From contig OZ244866.1 in the NCBI GenBank assembly GCA_965221185.1, positions 1,289,992-1,353,991 on the forward strand: a DNA stretch of 64,000 bases. The letters run 5' to 3'. How positions within the stretch are numbered: the first letter of the stretch is position 1; each line of letters opens with the position of its first letter. The stretch is from Candidatus Aldehydirespirator sp. (GTDB lineage: Bacteria; Actinomycetota; Acidimicrobiia; Acidimicrobiales; Aldehydirespiratoraceae). Shown in pieces: positions 44,816-53,830 of the stretch. The notes beneath the pieces were generated by a model. It worked only from the letters and a program-made list of their open reading frames with translations, did no database searches and was not told where the DNA came from. A program made the position numbers and the translations under genes.

Positions 44816-45583
44816 TCACATTGGGATCAGTTCGAAGGCGACTGCGAACTGGACGCCCAGCGTCTGGCCGACCTGCTGGCAGCTGTCGCGCAGGAACGAG
44901 TCGGGGTTGAAGTCCGGGTCGCCGAGGCTGTCGATGTAGATGCGGTGACAGTCCAACGAGGCCACACCCCGCGCGAGGTGGTCGGTCACGTCCACTGCGT
45001 GGGTGGGTGCCGGCGAGGATGCGTAGGCGATCCAGCGCACGCCGCTCCACGGCTCGCCCGCGCCGGTGAACAGCCAGCGGTTGGCGGCGTCGCGCACGGC
45101 ATCGGGCAGGGCCCGGCCCACCTCCCGGTGATCGACGTGGTTCCAGGGCCCCGAGTCACCCCACCGGTCGCGGTAGTTCGACCCGATGATCACCTCGGGC
45201 CGGTGACGGCGGATGGCCGCGGCCAGATCCCTCCGCAGTTCGATGCCGTTGACGACCAGCCCGTCGGCGTGATCGAGGAACTCGACCACTGAGACACCCA
45301 CCGCGGCCGCGGCAGCCACCTGCTCGTCCGAGCGCAGCGGACCGGCGCGGTCAGGAGCCATGGAGTCGATGCCGGCCTCGCCCCGGGTGGCCAGCACGTA
45401 GCGGACGTCCTTGCCCATTGCAGTCCAGCGGGCCACGGCCGCCGACGCGCCGTACTCGAGGTCATCGGGATGGGCCACCACCGCCAGGCCCCGGCCCCAG
45501 TCCTCCGGCAGCCTGTCCAGAACGGGACCCGCCTGTTCAGGATGCTGCCGCCCGGCCGGGTCGGTGCCGCTCATCGGGCTCAA
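44816..45583 (-). CDS. PIG-L/LmbE-family deacetylase (MshB-like)
   Basis: Motifs are VVAHPDDLEYG and WNHVDHREV. The start overlaps the stop of the upstream hydrolase gene. Confidence 0.75.
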   Translation of the reverse strand: MSPMSGTDPAGRQHPEQAGPVLDRLPEDWGRGLAVVAHPDDLEYGASAAVARWTAMGKDVRYVLATRGEAGIDSMAPDRAGPLRSDEQVAAAAAVGVSVVEFLDHADGLVVNGIELRRDLAAAIRRHRPEVIIGSNYRDRWGDSGPWNHVDHREVGRALPDAVRDAANRWLFTGAGEPWSGVRWIAYASSPAPTHAVDVTDHLARGVASLDCHRIYIDSLGDPDFNPDSFLRDSCQQVGQTLGVQFAVAFELIPM

Positions 45584-46641
45584 GCTAACGGCTCCGGATC
45601 CCTGGCCGGGCCGGAACCCGATACCTGTTTCGCGGTCGCCACCATGACTTCGGTCCAGAACGTGTTCATGTCGTCGTAGAAGAGCGGCACGAGATCGGGG
45701 TTGCCGGAGATGTGGGCGCCGCGGACTCCGAAGCCGGCCTCGATGGAGTAGAGGAAGCCGTCGAGGTCGATCAGCTCCGGGTCTGGCTCATCGGAGGTAG
45801 GCAGGATGAAGCCGCCGTCATCTGCGATGTAGAAGGTGGGCGCGCCGGGCGTCACGGAGGCCTCGGGTATGTGCTCCAGGGGGGTCGTACGGTCGAAGCT
45901 GTGGTTTGCGCCCGGCACGATCCGCAGGGTCGCATCGCCGCCCGCGATCCGCATGGCGTGGATGTGGGCTTGGACCTGCACCGGTGGGCACCAGTCGTCG
46001 CGATCGCCGATGATCGCCCGGATACGGGTGCTGCCGACGGCGGGGTCTAGGAACTGCTGGCCCGACCAGGGGTAGGCGGCGTACACCCCGACGAGTTTCG
46101 GGGCGTTGGAGGCTGCCGCGAGATGTACCGACGCGGCGTTCAGCACCGCCGAGCCGCCCCGGCTGTGGCCTTGGGCGCCGATGCGTGCCGGGTCGATGTC
46201 GGGGCGGGCCGCGAGGGCCTCGGCGGTGGCGAGAACGTCCCAGGCGCTGGCCGCGAAGGAGAACTGGACCTGATTGGCCACTGTGCTGACGACGCTGCGC
46301 GTGCCGAACGGATCGATGGCGCATGCCGCGATGGCGGCGTCGGTGATCGCCGCCGCGATTTCGCAGTGGTGCTGTTGGAGTCCGAGGCTTCCCGGGGCGA
46401 TGATCACGACCGGGAACGGTCCGGGCCCGTCGGGCAGGAAGAGCTTGCCCCAAAGGTCCTGGCGCGGCATCGCATCGGTGTCAGAGATCGCCTGATGGAA
46501 GTTCTTGGGATTCGCCGACGGAATCGTCAGCGCTTCGCCCCCCAGACCGTTGCCCAAACAGAAGCCGTCGTCGTAGAAGGCGTCGTCATTGATCACCGCG
46601 CCTCCTCCCCCTGCGCCCGGGGCGCCTGCCGGAACGGTCAT
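45580..46641 (-). CDS. alpha/beta hydrolase (dienelactone-hydrolase-like)
   Basis: The start was chosen at ATG 46641, overlapping the Rieske stop (ATGA). The nucleophile elbow is GAQGHSRGGSA. The upstream part of the track ORF is antisense-type junk. Confidence 0.65.
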   Translation of the reverse strand: MTVPAGAPGAGGGGAVINDDAFYDDGFCLGNGLGGEALTIPSANPKNFHQAISDTDAMPRQDLWGKLFLPDGPGPFPVVIIAPGSLGLQQHHCEIAAAITDAAIAACAIDPFGTRSVVSTVANQVQFSFAASAWDVLATAEALAARPDIDPARIGAQGHSRGGSAVLNAASVHLAAASNAPKLVGVYAAYPWSGQQFLDPAVGSTRIRAIIGDRDDWCPPVQVQAHIHAMRIAGGDATLRIVPGANHSFDRTTPLEHIPEASVTPGAPTFYIADDGGFILPTSDEPDPELIDLDGFLYSIEAGFGVRGAHISGNPDLVPLFYDDMNTFWTEVMVATAKQVSGSGPARDPEPLA

Positions 46642-47708
46642 TGCCCGGCTGCTTGGCGGGCGGCGTCGCGGCCCCTGGCGATCTCGCGCAGCCAGCGCCG
46701 GTATTCGATGGCGACTCGGTCGACGCCTGCGATCTGCAGCTCGGCGCTGAGGTCGACGGGCAGCTCCTCGGGGCGCTGGGACTCGACGAACTTGAGGTCC
46801 TGGCCGATGACGAGCGCGTTGAAGTCCAGCATCTGCTTGTCGGTGGACTCGTCGAAGGAGTAGTCGCGGCCCATGAACGTGAAGCACCGGCAGGTCTTGC
46901 GGCCGGTGGGGCAGACGCTGAAGAACAGCAGGTAGCGCTGGTCGACGGATTCGATGTACTGGTCCAACAAGATGGTGTTGGGCATGAACAGCCGGTAGTC
47001 GAGCTTGACTTCGACGGCTCCTTCGATTTCGAGGCTCTTGTTCTTGCCCGAGTCGGGGGGCTCGGCCATGTGGGGGTGCTCGAAGCGCAGCTCGTTGCGG
47101 TGGCGGCCGATGGAGTGGTCGGGCACCTCGGGATGCGCCGAGTCGCCCAGCACCCCGTCATGGACCCAGGCGAAATGGCCGAAGTCGACGTAGTTCTCGA
47201 TGCGGCGGGGGAGCGCGCAGTTCCAGTTGTACGGCTCGACCTCGATGAGCCGGAACGACTCGTCGCCGAAGTAGGGATTCTCCGGCAGCGGGTAGACGGG
47301 TTCGCCGCTGAGGCACACCCAGATCAGTCCCAGGTGCTCAGCGGCGGGATAGGCGGTGAGACGGGCCCGCGACGGGATCTTGAGATCGGGCCGTGCGGGG
47401 ATCTTGGTGCAGCGGCCCTCGCCGTCGTAGCACCATCCGTGATAGCCGCAGCGCAGCCCGTATTCGCCGACAGAGCCCAGCGACAGTGCGGTGCCCCGGT
47501 GCACGCAGATGTCGCGGAAGGCCGACACCTGGCCGTCGATGCGAGCCAAGACCAGGGGCTCGTCCAGCAGCGTCACCGCGAGCGGCCCGCCGTCGATGAG
47601 CTCGGACACGTAGGCCACCGGGTGCCAGTACCCCCGCAGCGCCTCATACAGGTCGTCGTCGGTGAGCGACTCTCGCGTGGGCCTCGCCTGCGTCTCCTCA
47701 GCCATCAT
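46638..47708 (-). CDS. Rieske [2Fe-2S] non-haem iron oxygenase alpha subunit
   Basis: The Rieske motif is CVHRGTALS...RCGYHGWCY. A downstream Fe-binding-like motif is DFGHFAWVHDG. Confidence 0.8.
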   Translation of the reverse strand: MMAEETQARPTRESLTDDDLYEALRGYWHPVAYVSELIDGGPLAVTLLDEPLVLARIDGQVSAFRDICVHRGTALSLGSVGEYGLRCGYHGWCYDGEGRCTKIPARPDLKIPSRARLTAYPAAEHLGLIWVCLSGEPVYPLPENPYFGDESFRLIEVEPYNWNCALPRRIENYVDFGHFAWVHDGVLGDSAHPEVPDHSIGRHRNELRFEHPHMAEPPDSGKNKSLEIEGAVEVKLDYRLFMPNTILLDQYIESVDQRYLLFFSVCPTGRKTCRCFTFMGRDYSFDESTDKQMLDFNALVIGQDLKFVESQRPEELPVDLSAELQIAGVDRVAIEYRRWLREIARGRDAARQAAGQ

Positions 47709-47778
47709 CCCCTCAAGTATTATGGTTCGACCGGGATCTCAACGCCCGCAGATCGGTGTCGGTGGTTCGGGCCTCGTG

Positions 47779-47998
47779 CTGAACGGTGGCCCGGGCGGCG
47801 TGGGTGGCGTCTTCGTGCACGAGCGCCACGTCGGTGACCGTTCGCTTCCCAAGCTGCTGGGATGGTGGGGCAGCGCCCCGACGTCCGCTTCGAGATGGGC
47901 ACTGTCCGCGATCCCATCGGTACCGCCGAGTCGTGGCAGGTCTCGAACCCGCCCATCCTTTCCATGGCGGCGCTGCGGGCGTCGCTCGACGTGTTTGA
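47779..47998 (+). pseudogene. kynureninase internal fragment with one frameshift
   Basis: LNGGPGGVGGVFVHERHVGDRSLPKLLGWWG, then after a frame change DVRFEMGTVRDPIGTAESWQVSNPPILSMAALRASLDVFD. These match conserved kynureninase blocks (FVHERH, GWWGH, SNPPIL). Confidence 0.6.
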
Positions 47999-48009
47999 TC
48001 GACGTCTGC

Positions 48010-48115
48010 GATCTGGCCGAAGGCGTCGAGGCAGATGCGTCCGGCCTGGTCGATTGCGACCAGGTTGAGGGTGCCCCGCAGCTGGTCGCAGCCCATCGTG
48101 AAGATCGGGCGCGCC
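48010..48115 (-). pseudogene. 3' fragment of a thioredoxin-fold redoxin gene, paralogous to 49155..49655
   Basis: QLRGTLNLVAIDQAGRICLDAFGQI here compares with QLRGTPSLVVIDRAGRIRLNAFGQI in the intact gene. At the DNA level about 100 bp align with 49226-49320. Confidence 0.65.
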
Positions 48116-48188
48116 GGTTCGGCGTCGGCACGGCGTACACTCGCATTTCATGCCGGTCACCAGGTCCGGTCAGTAAGAGAGAGAATCA

Positions 48189-48386
48189 ATGCGAGGAACT
48201 GTCAAGTTTTTTAATAGCGAGAAGGGCTTCGGCTTCATCTCGCGCGATGGCGGGGACGACGTGTTCGTTCACTACTCCAACATCGTCGGCGAAAATCACA
48301 GATCCCTTGACGAGGGGCAGATAGTCGAATTCGACATCGGGCCCGGTCGCAAGGGAGACGAAGCTAGGAACGTCAAGCCGGCCTGA
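48189..48386 (+). CDS. csp: cold-shock protein (CspA family)
   Basis: [32 protein letters not shown] carries the RNP1 (KGFGFI) and RNP2 (VFVHY) motifs. The protein is 65 aa. Confidence 0.95.
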   Translation: MRGTVKFFNSEKGFGFISRDGGDDVFVHYSNIVGENHRSLDEGQIVEFDIGPGRKGDEARNVKPA

Positions 48387-48403
48387 TCCCACAGGTTCGC
48401 TGT

Positions 48404-48432
48404 GCGCCGCCGGCTAGATTGACCGGCGGCGC
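48404..48432 (+). terminator. hairpin terminator candidate downstream of csp
   Basis: A perfect 10-bp stem, GCGCCGCCGG (48404-48413) pairing with CCGGCGGCGC (48423-48432), encloses a 9-nt loop. A short T-run (cgacgTTTcg) follows. It lies 18 nt after the csp stop. Confidence 0.6.
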
Positions 48433-48533
48433 TCGACGTTTCGCGCATCACTGCGCGAGCGTAGGGCGAACCGAGAACCAGAACGGCTCCCGGAATACTG
48501 GGGGATGAAGCCTTCGCGGCCACCCGTTGTGGA

Positions 48534-49097
48534 TCAGTCGGGGATCCAAGGTTCGGTCTCGATGCCGAGACCGTCGGCGACCCGGTTCGCGTACGCGTAG
48601 TAGCCGACAACCTCGACTATGTCGAGGATGTCGCGGTCAGAGAAGCCGGCCGATCGCAGGGAGTCGACATCGGCGTCGTTCATCGCGCCCGGCGTCGTGG
48701 TCAGCTTGGTCACGAATCTCAGCATCGCCACCCGGTTCGGCGACAGCGCTGCAGTTGTCCAGTCTTGTTCGATCGCCGCGACCAGTTCGTCGTCGTTGAT
48801 CAACCGGCGCAGACCGCGCCGGTGGTGGACGACTCAATAGTGACAGCCGTTCTCGAGGCTGACGACCAGGCCGATGAGCTCGCGCTCCACCTTGCGCAGC
48901 GTCGCGGTGCCGGCCATGGCCGATTCGTACAGACCCTGGTGTGCCGCCATGGAGCGCGGGTTGAGCGAGTGCACGGCGAGGATGTTGTCGACCCGGCCGT
49001 ATGTGCGATCGACTACTTGGGGATGGAGCTCACCGAGCGCGCCGTCCCAGGAGTCGTCGGGGATGACCTTGATGCGTGCCATGGTGCAGCGTTTCAC
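48534..49097 (-). CDS. AhpD/carboxymuconolactone-decarboxylase-like peroxidase-related protein with in-frame TGA (candidate selenocysteine; otherwise a pseudogene)
   Basis: Track ORFs 48834..49097 and 48534..48803 share a frame and are separated by a single TGA (48836-48834). The joined sequence reads ...LIGLVVSLENGCHY-TGA-VVHHRRGLRRLINDDELV.... That places the TGA at the second Cys of the family CxxC motif. A SECIS-like hairpin follows. Confidence 0.65.
48803..48823 (-). promoter_or_regulatory. candidate bacterial SECIS hairpin
   Basis: The mRNA reads UGA-GUCGUCCACC-ACCGGCGC-GGUCU-GCGCCGGU. The 8-bp perfect stem begins 11 nt after the UGA, and the apical GGUCU occupies nt 19-23. Confidence 0.55.
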
Positions 49098-49154
49098 ACC
49101 AGTCGGCGACTCGGCGAATCTGCGATTCTGAGAGTGCCGCCCACCGCCACGGCG

Positions 49155-49655
49155 TCAATTCTCCGGCTGGGGGCGGGGTTCGTCGATGAGGCGGGCGAGG
49201 GTGGCGCCCACGGTTGGGTCGTCTATCTGGCCGAACGCGTTGAGGCGGATGCGCCCGGCGCGGTCGATGACGACCAGGCTGGGGGTGCCCCGCAGCTGGT
49301 AGCGGCCCATGGTGATGGGCAGGCCGACGCCGGGGTCGTGGGCGTCGACGCCGACGGGGAAGGTGATGCGGTACTCATACAGGAAGGCTTCGAGCGAGGT
49401 TGGAGTCATGGCGTCGTGGTGCTCGAACACGGTGTGCAGCCCCAGCACGGTGACCGCGTCGCCGAAGGCGTGCTGGATGCGCTGGGCCTGGGGCAGCCCG
49501 TGGGAGACGCAGCCCGGGCACAGCATCTGGAACGCCTCGATCACCACCACCTCGCCCTGTAGATCGGCCAGGGTCGGGGTGGCGGCGGTGTTGAACCAGC
49601 GGGCGGTCGCCAGCTCAGGAGCAGCCGGGTACGTCGATTGCATGCTCGAGGCCAT
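49155..49655 (-). CDS. thioredoxin-fold redoxin (TlpA/AhpC-TSA-like)
   Basis: The active site is CPGC (FQMLCPGCVSHG). It has a TlpA-like C-terminus (LRGTPSLVVIDRAGRI). Confidence 0.75.
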   Translation of the reverse strand: MASSMQSTYPAAPELATARWFNTAATPTLADLQGEVVVIEAFQMLCPGCVSHGLPQAQRIQHAFGDAVTVLGLHTVFEHHDAMTPTSLEAFLYEYRITFPVGVDAHDPGVGLPITMGRYQLRGTPSLVVIDRAGRIRLNAFGQIDDPTVGATLARLIDEPRPQPEN

Positions 49656-49807
49656 GTCACTCCCGGTAGTGCAGTTCCTCTACTACGGTCGCCGTCGGCG
49701 GCGCCCAAGCATTCGGATTCATCCCCGCGAATTAGATCACACATCGAGACCCTGCATTTCACCCGCAGCCGCCTAGTTCAAACGCGTACGAGCAGGGGAG
49801 CGATGCT

Positions 49808-49925
49808 GTGACCGAGCACGAAGAGTCCGACACTGGTGGTGACGGGCCGGCGGTGGTGTTGCTGCACGGGGTGCTGATGAACGGCACCTTGTGGGACGGC
49901 CTCGTCGACAGTCTGCGGGCCGCTA
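49808..49925 (+). pseudogene. N-terminal ~40-codon fragment of an alpha/beta hydrolase, paralogous to 56565..57416
   Basis: DTGGDGPAVVLLHGVLMNGTLWDGLVDSLRA here compares with DTGGDGPVVVFLHGVLMNGTLWDDVVDRLRG in the intact gene. DNA 49826-49925 aligns with 56604-56703. The fragment stops where the convergent DUF2784 gene ends. Confidence 0.75.
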
Positions 49926-50318
49926 TCGACGCGTTCCGAGCGGCAGCTCTTCGCGTCCTGAACCCTTGCCGACGGCGGCGTACAGCAGCCACGACAGGCA
50001 CCAGACCACCACGACGACCAGCAGCACGTTGCCGCCGCCGGGGCTCAGACCGGGAGCGTAGAACGGCTTCACGAAGTACTGGGAGATGAAGCCTCCCCGG
50101 TACGGCGTCTCGCCCGCGAGGCGCCAGAAGTGCTTCTCCCAGACCGTCAGCGGGCACGGCAGCCTGGGCAGGTTCACCGCCGCGACCGGCACCAGCATGG
50201 CTAGGTACCACTTCATCAACCGGGGCTTGAGTGCGGCCATTGGAGCGCCCACGATGATGAACACCGCCAGCAGCCCGTGCGCGAGCGCTATCGCGATTGC
50301 CAGCAACCACGCACCCAC
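49923..50318 (-). CDS. small membrane protein (DUF2784-like)
   Basis: 131 aa with hydrophobic segments. The central LPCPLTVWEKHFWRLAGE resembles the CPLT..E motif I associate with DUF2784. Confidence 0.5.
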   Translation of the reverse strand: MGAWLLAIAIALAHGLLAVFIIVGAPMAALKPRLMKWYLAMLVPVAAVNLPRLPCPLTVWEKHFWRLAGETPYRGGFISQYFVKPFYAPGLSPGGGNVLLVVVVVWCLSWLLYAAVGKGSGREELPLGTRR

Positions 50319-50536
50319 AGTTTCACACTACTGCCACGTCTCAGGGCGGTGATGGCTCGCTCGTGGCGAGACGTCGGCGACGGGCTGCGAGTCCGCGGGA
50401 CATTCGCTGCCGGCAGTCGACCTGCTGGTCGCGGCCCGGACGTCACACCTGACACCAGCCCGCACGGCACTACGGTGCGAGCCGTGAGGTCAGAGGTTGC
50501 GAGCCGTGTGAATTTCGGGAAGGGACGGTTCCGGAC

Positions 50537-51097
50537 ATGAGTGCATCTGGTAGAGACGATCGGCCGATGGCGAACAGCTACTGGGTTGATCCGGGCCGTT
50601 TCGCGGCGGGCGAGTATCCGGGCGCGAGGCGTCGGAAGGAAGCCGCCACCAGGTTGCGAACCCTGCTGGGGGCCGGCATCGACTGCTTCATCGACCTGAC
50701 CCAGCCGCACGAGGGGTTGGCACCCTATGCCGGGATCGCGGCGCAGGAAGCCGGCCGGCTCGGCACGGAGTGCGTGCATGAGCGGCATTCCATCGTCGAT
50801 ATGGACGTGCCTCGCAGTCAACAGCAGACAGCCCGCATCCTCGACGCCATCGACAAGGCGTTGGACGACGGCAAGAACGTCTACGTGCACTGTTGGGGCG
50901 GCATCGGCAGGACCGGCACCGTGGTCGGCTGCTGGCTCGTGCGCCACGGCATGACCGGAGACGAGGCTCTGGCCCAGATCGCGCAGTGGTGGCAGGGAAT
51001 GGAAAAGAGGTACCGCCACCCCCGCTCGCCACAAACACCACAGCAGCGTAGGTACGTCCGGAGCTGGACCGAACCGTCTCCGGGGGCCGCCGCGTGA
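50537..51097 (+). CDS. dual-specificity/tyrosine protein phosphatase (CX5R)
   Basis: The active site is [13 protein letters not shown] (HCxxGxxRT). The stop overlaps the GTG of the next reading frame (GTGA). Confidence 0.75.
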   Translation: MSASGRDDRPMANSYWVDPGRFAAGEYPGARRRKEAATRLRTLLGAGIDCFIDLTQPHEGLAPYAGIAAQEAGRLGTECVHERHSIVDMDVPRSQQQTARILDAIDKALDDGKNVYVHCWGGIGRTGTVVGCWLVRHGMTGDEALAQIAQWWQGMEKRYRHPRSPQTPQQRRYVRSWTEPSPGAAA

Positions 51098-51290
51098 GCG
51101 CAGCCGCCAACCGGGACCGGTTCCGGGGCTGCCTGCTGGGACTGGCGGCGGGCGATGCGCTGGGCACCACGCTGGAGTTCAAGCCGCCCGGCTCGTTCGA
51201 GCCGATCGACGACATGGTCGGCGGCGGGCCGCATCGGCTGCAGCCGGGCCAGTGGACCGACGACACCTCGATGGCCCTGTGCCTGGCCGC
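51094..51290 (+). pseudogene. ADP-ribosylglycohydrolase, N-terminal ~65 codons only
   Basis: [58 protein letters not shown] is the conserved ARH N-terminus. Homology ends where the convergent MFS gene terminates. Confidence 0.7.
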
Positions 51291-51294
51291 TGGT

Positions 51295-52524
51295 TCAATC
51301 GGCCTTGGTGCTCCCGGTGGGCCGGTGCCACATGAGGGTGGCTGCAAGCGCTGAGAACAGCGCTACCGGGGCCCACACCGCCAGCCAGCCGAGCTTCTCG
51401 GCTGCCCATCCGGCCGCGACCGGGCTCACCAGCGCGGCCACCGCGAACATGGTCGACACGACCCCAGTGATCATCCCCGTGGACCGCTCGCGCCCGACAG
51501 TTATGTGGGCGAAGAGCAGCGGCGTCCACCCCCAGCCGGCCACGTACCCCACCGGAATGCCGACGAACATCACCGCCGTGGCGCCCGTGGCCATCGCCGC
51601 ATAGCCGGCAACCGCCACCGCGGCCATGGCCGCGATGGTCCTGGGAGCGTCCAGATCCCGGCGGGTCACCGCGTGAGCGCAGCCGATCCGCATGAGCACG
51701 CTTCCCCCCGCCGAGGCCGCCACCAGAGCCGCCGCAGTGTCGGCACTGGCTCCGGCGTCCACGAACGACAGCGACGCGAAGGCGTTGAACACCACCAGGT
51801 TGATGAACAGCAGCGCGGCGCCGCCAAGAAAGCCCAACCCCAGAGAGGCCACATCATCGCGGGCGCTCCGGGGCGGCCCGGCTGTGACCGGTGCCGCAGG
51901 ACCGGACCGTGCTCCCACCGGCAGCGACTGTCTCCGGGGCCGTGCCGGTCCCATCAGCAGCGCCAAGCCCGTCAACGCGAACACCGAGCACGCGGCGAAC
52001 ACGGTGCGCCAACCCAGCCGGTCGCCGAACACCGGCAGCACCGCGGTGGACACCAGCACCAGCAGCGGCATCGCCGCCTCACGAATGCCGAAAGCGAGAA
52101 CCCGCGGCGTGCGAGCCAAGAAGTCCACCAGGATCCTCGAAGAGCTCGGCTCAGACAGCACCCGCAGGATCCCGGCTGCGGCCAGCAACGCCACGAACCA
52201 CGCCGTGCTGGGCGCCTGCGACAGCGCCACCATGAACAAGCAGCCACCGACGCAGGTGAGCCGGCCCACGTTGATGCCGCCGACGCGGTCGGTCACCCGT
52301 CCGAGCCACACTGCCAGCACGACCGCGGGAACGGCTGACAGTGACAAGCCCAGCCCCAACTCGGACGAGCTGATCCCCAAGTCGAGCCGCAGGTAGGGCG
52401 CCAGCGGACCCGAGATGATCTGCGGCGTGGCCCCCGCGGCCAGCAACGCGCTGGCTGCGGCCACCGCGGCCGCGTCGGAGCGAATGGTGCTACCACGGCG
52501 ATGCCGGGTCACGGCAGGATGCAC
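51295..52524 (-). CDS. MFS transporter
   Basis: 409 aa with about 12 hydrophobic segments. It has MFS-like loop motifs ([17 protein letters not shown]). Confidence 0.7.
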   Translation of the reverse strand: MHPAVTRHRRGSTIRSDAAAVAAASALLAAGATPQIISGPLAPYLRLDLGISSSELGLGLSLSAVPAVVLAVWLGRVTDRVGGINVGRLTCVGGCLFMVALSQAPSTAWFVALLAAAGILRVLSEPSSSRILVDFLARTPRVLAFGIREAAMPLLVLVSTAVLPVFGDRLGWRTVFAACSVFALTGLALLMGPARPRRQSLPVGARSGPAAPVTAGPPRSARDDVASLGLGFLGGAALLFINLVVFNAFASLSFVDAGASADTAAALVAASAGGSVLMRIGCAHAVTRRDLDAPRTIAAMAAVAVAGYAAMATGATAVMFVGIPVGYVAGWGWTPLLFAHITVGRERSTGMITGVVSTMFAVAALVSPVAAGWAAEKLGWLAVWAPVALFSALAATLMWHRPTGSTKAD

Positions 52525-52639
52525 CTTGCGGAACCCTCAGTCACACGATGGAGAGATCCTGATGATCGTGCGTCGCCCCGGCGAGGACGAGCGCGAGGTG
52601 CTCGACGAGGGTGTCATCGACACTGTGCTACCCGGGGTT

Positions 52640-53020
52640 TCAGACGGGAACTACGTCGACGCGCCGATTGGTGGCGGCGGCGAGGACGGCGATGTCGCCG
52701 GGATCTGACGTGATGATCTGGTCGCCGTGGTCGGCTAGGGCGACCAGTGCCGCATCGATTGCGTCGGCGAGGCCGCAGCGGGCGAGCAGGACCCCGGCGC
52801 GTCGTCCGAGAGCGGCGTCGAGGGGCACGATCTCGACGGCCTGCAGCGCCGCGGCGAGGCGCGCTTGGCGGCCTGTTCCACCCCGCCATACCTGGGCGAC
52901 CACGCCCCCGTGGGTCCTCGGCGGGCTCTGGGCCTGAAGGGAGCCCTTGAAGCGCCGCCACATCCGGCGGTCGTCGCCCTCGAGCGCGATGAGCGCGCCC
53001 GAGTCCAAGATCTCGGTCAT
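52640..53020 (-). CDS. vapC: PIN-domain toxin (VapC-like)
   Basis: MTEILDSGALIALEGDD..., then ...DAIDAALVALADHGDQIITSDPGDI. The start overlaps the antitoxin stop (ATGA). Confidence 0.7.
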   Translation of the reverse strand: MTEILDSGALIALEGDDRRMWRRFKGSLQAQSPPRTHGGVVAQVWRGGTGRQARLAAALQAVEIVPLDAALGRRAGVLLARCGLADAIDAALVALADHGDQIITSDPGDIAVLAAATNRRVDVVPV

Positions 53021-53295
53021 CCGGCTCGCCGGGCAGCGGCTCTGAGCGACGCGGCCGTGTCGCGATCCTGATGGGCTTGCTCGGCGATCTCGTCATCGGT
53101 GATGAAGCCGTGCTCGGCTTCATAGTCGGCGACAAGCCGGCTGAGCACCGCAAGCCTTAGGTCTCTGTCGTGTCGTTGGGTCATCGCCTCACCGATCCAC
53201 TCGCTGACCGATCGGGCGCGTCCCTCGCTCACCGCAGCGTTGGCCGCGTCTAGCAGTGCCTCGTCCACGGTGACCGTCACCCGCTGCTTGTGCAT
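53017..53295 (-). CDS. ribbon-helix-helix antitoxin
   Basis: The start was chosen at ATG 53295: MHKQRVTVTVDEALLDAANAAVSEGRARSVSEWIGEAM, the RHH pattern. Confidence 0.65.
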   Translation of the reverse strand: MHKQRVTVTVDEALLDAANAAVSEGRARSVSEWIGEAMTQRHDRDLRLAVLSRLVADYEAEHGFITDDEIAEQAHQDRDTAASLRAAARRAG

Positions 53296-53365
53296 ACCTT
53301 CATCATACGCATGGATGCACTCTTGCGTACAGACCGGAGCTGGCCTGTCCTCGGATCCGACTCCA

Positions 53366-53830
53366 ATGCGAGGAACCGTCAAGTTCTTCAACAGCCAAAA
53401 GGGCTTCGGCTTCTTGGTGGGGCCTGCTACAGTTCGTGCACTGCTCCCCGCCTTCCCGGTATCGCCGGGAATGGCGGCGCAAGCCGGATCCGCCCGACAG
53501 TTCGCTGCCTGGAAGTCTCAGTCGCTCGTGACGGTTAGAAGCCGGCCGCTGCGCTACCAGCCGACGGCATGGTCGATGGGCCGGCCTGCGGCGTGGCGCG
53601 CCGAGGAGAAGGGCATCGACGTCATGATGGCCCTCGACATCGCGATCGGTGCCCGCGACGACGCCTACGACGTGGCCGTGGTGGTGTCTGCCGACACCGA
53701 CCTTGCCCCAGCGATTGAGGTTGCGCTAGACGCCGGCAAGCGGGTCGAGACGGCGATGTGGTGGAGTCCGGAGCACCCGCACCGCCGGATGAAGGTCCGG
53801 GTCGGCGTCTGTGGAATCACGCTCTCGATG
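53366..53830 (+). pseudogene. chimera: 17-codon csp 5' fragment fused to the C-terminal half of a NYN-domain protein
   Basis: [17 protein letters not shown] corresponds to 53366-53416 and aligns with 48189-48239. About 40 non-homologous codons follow. Then comes RSRPLRY...WRAEEKGIDVMMALDIAIGARDDAYDVAVVVSADTDLAPAIEVALDAGKRV, a NYN/LabA-like core. The first NYN Asp region is missing. Confidence 0.6.
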
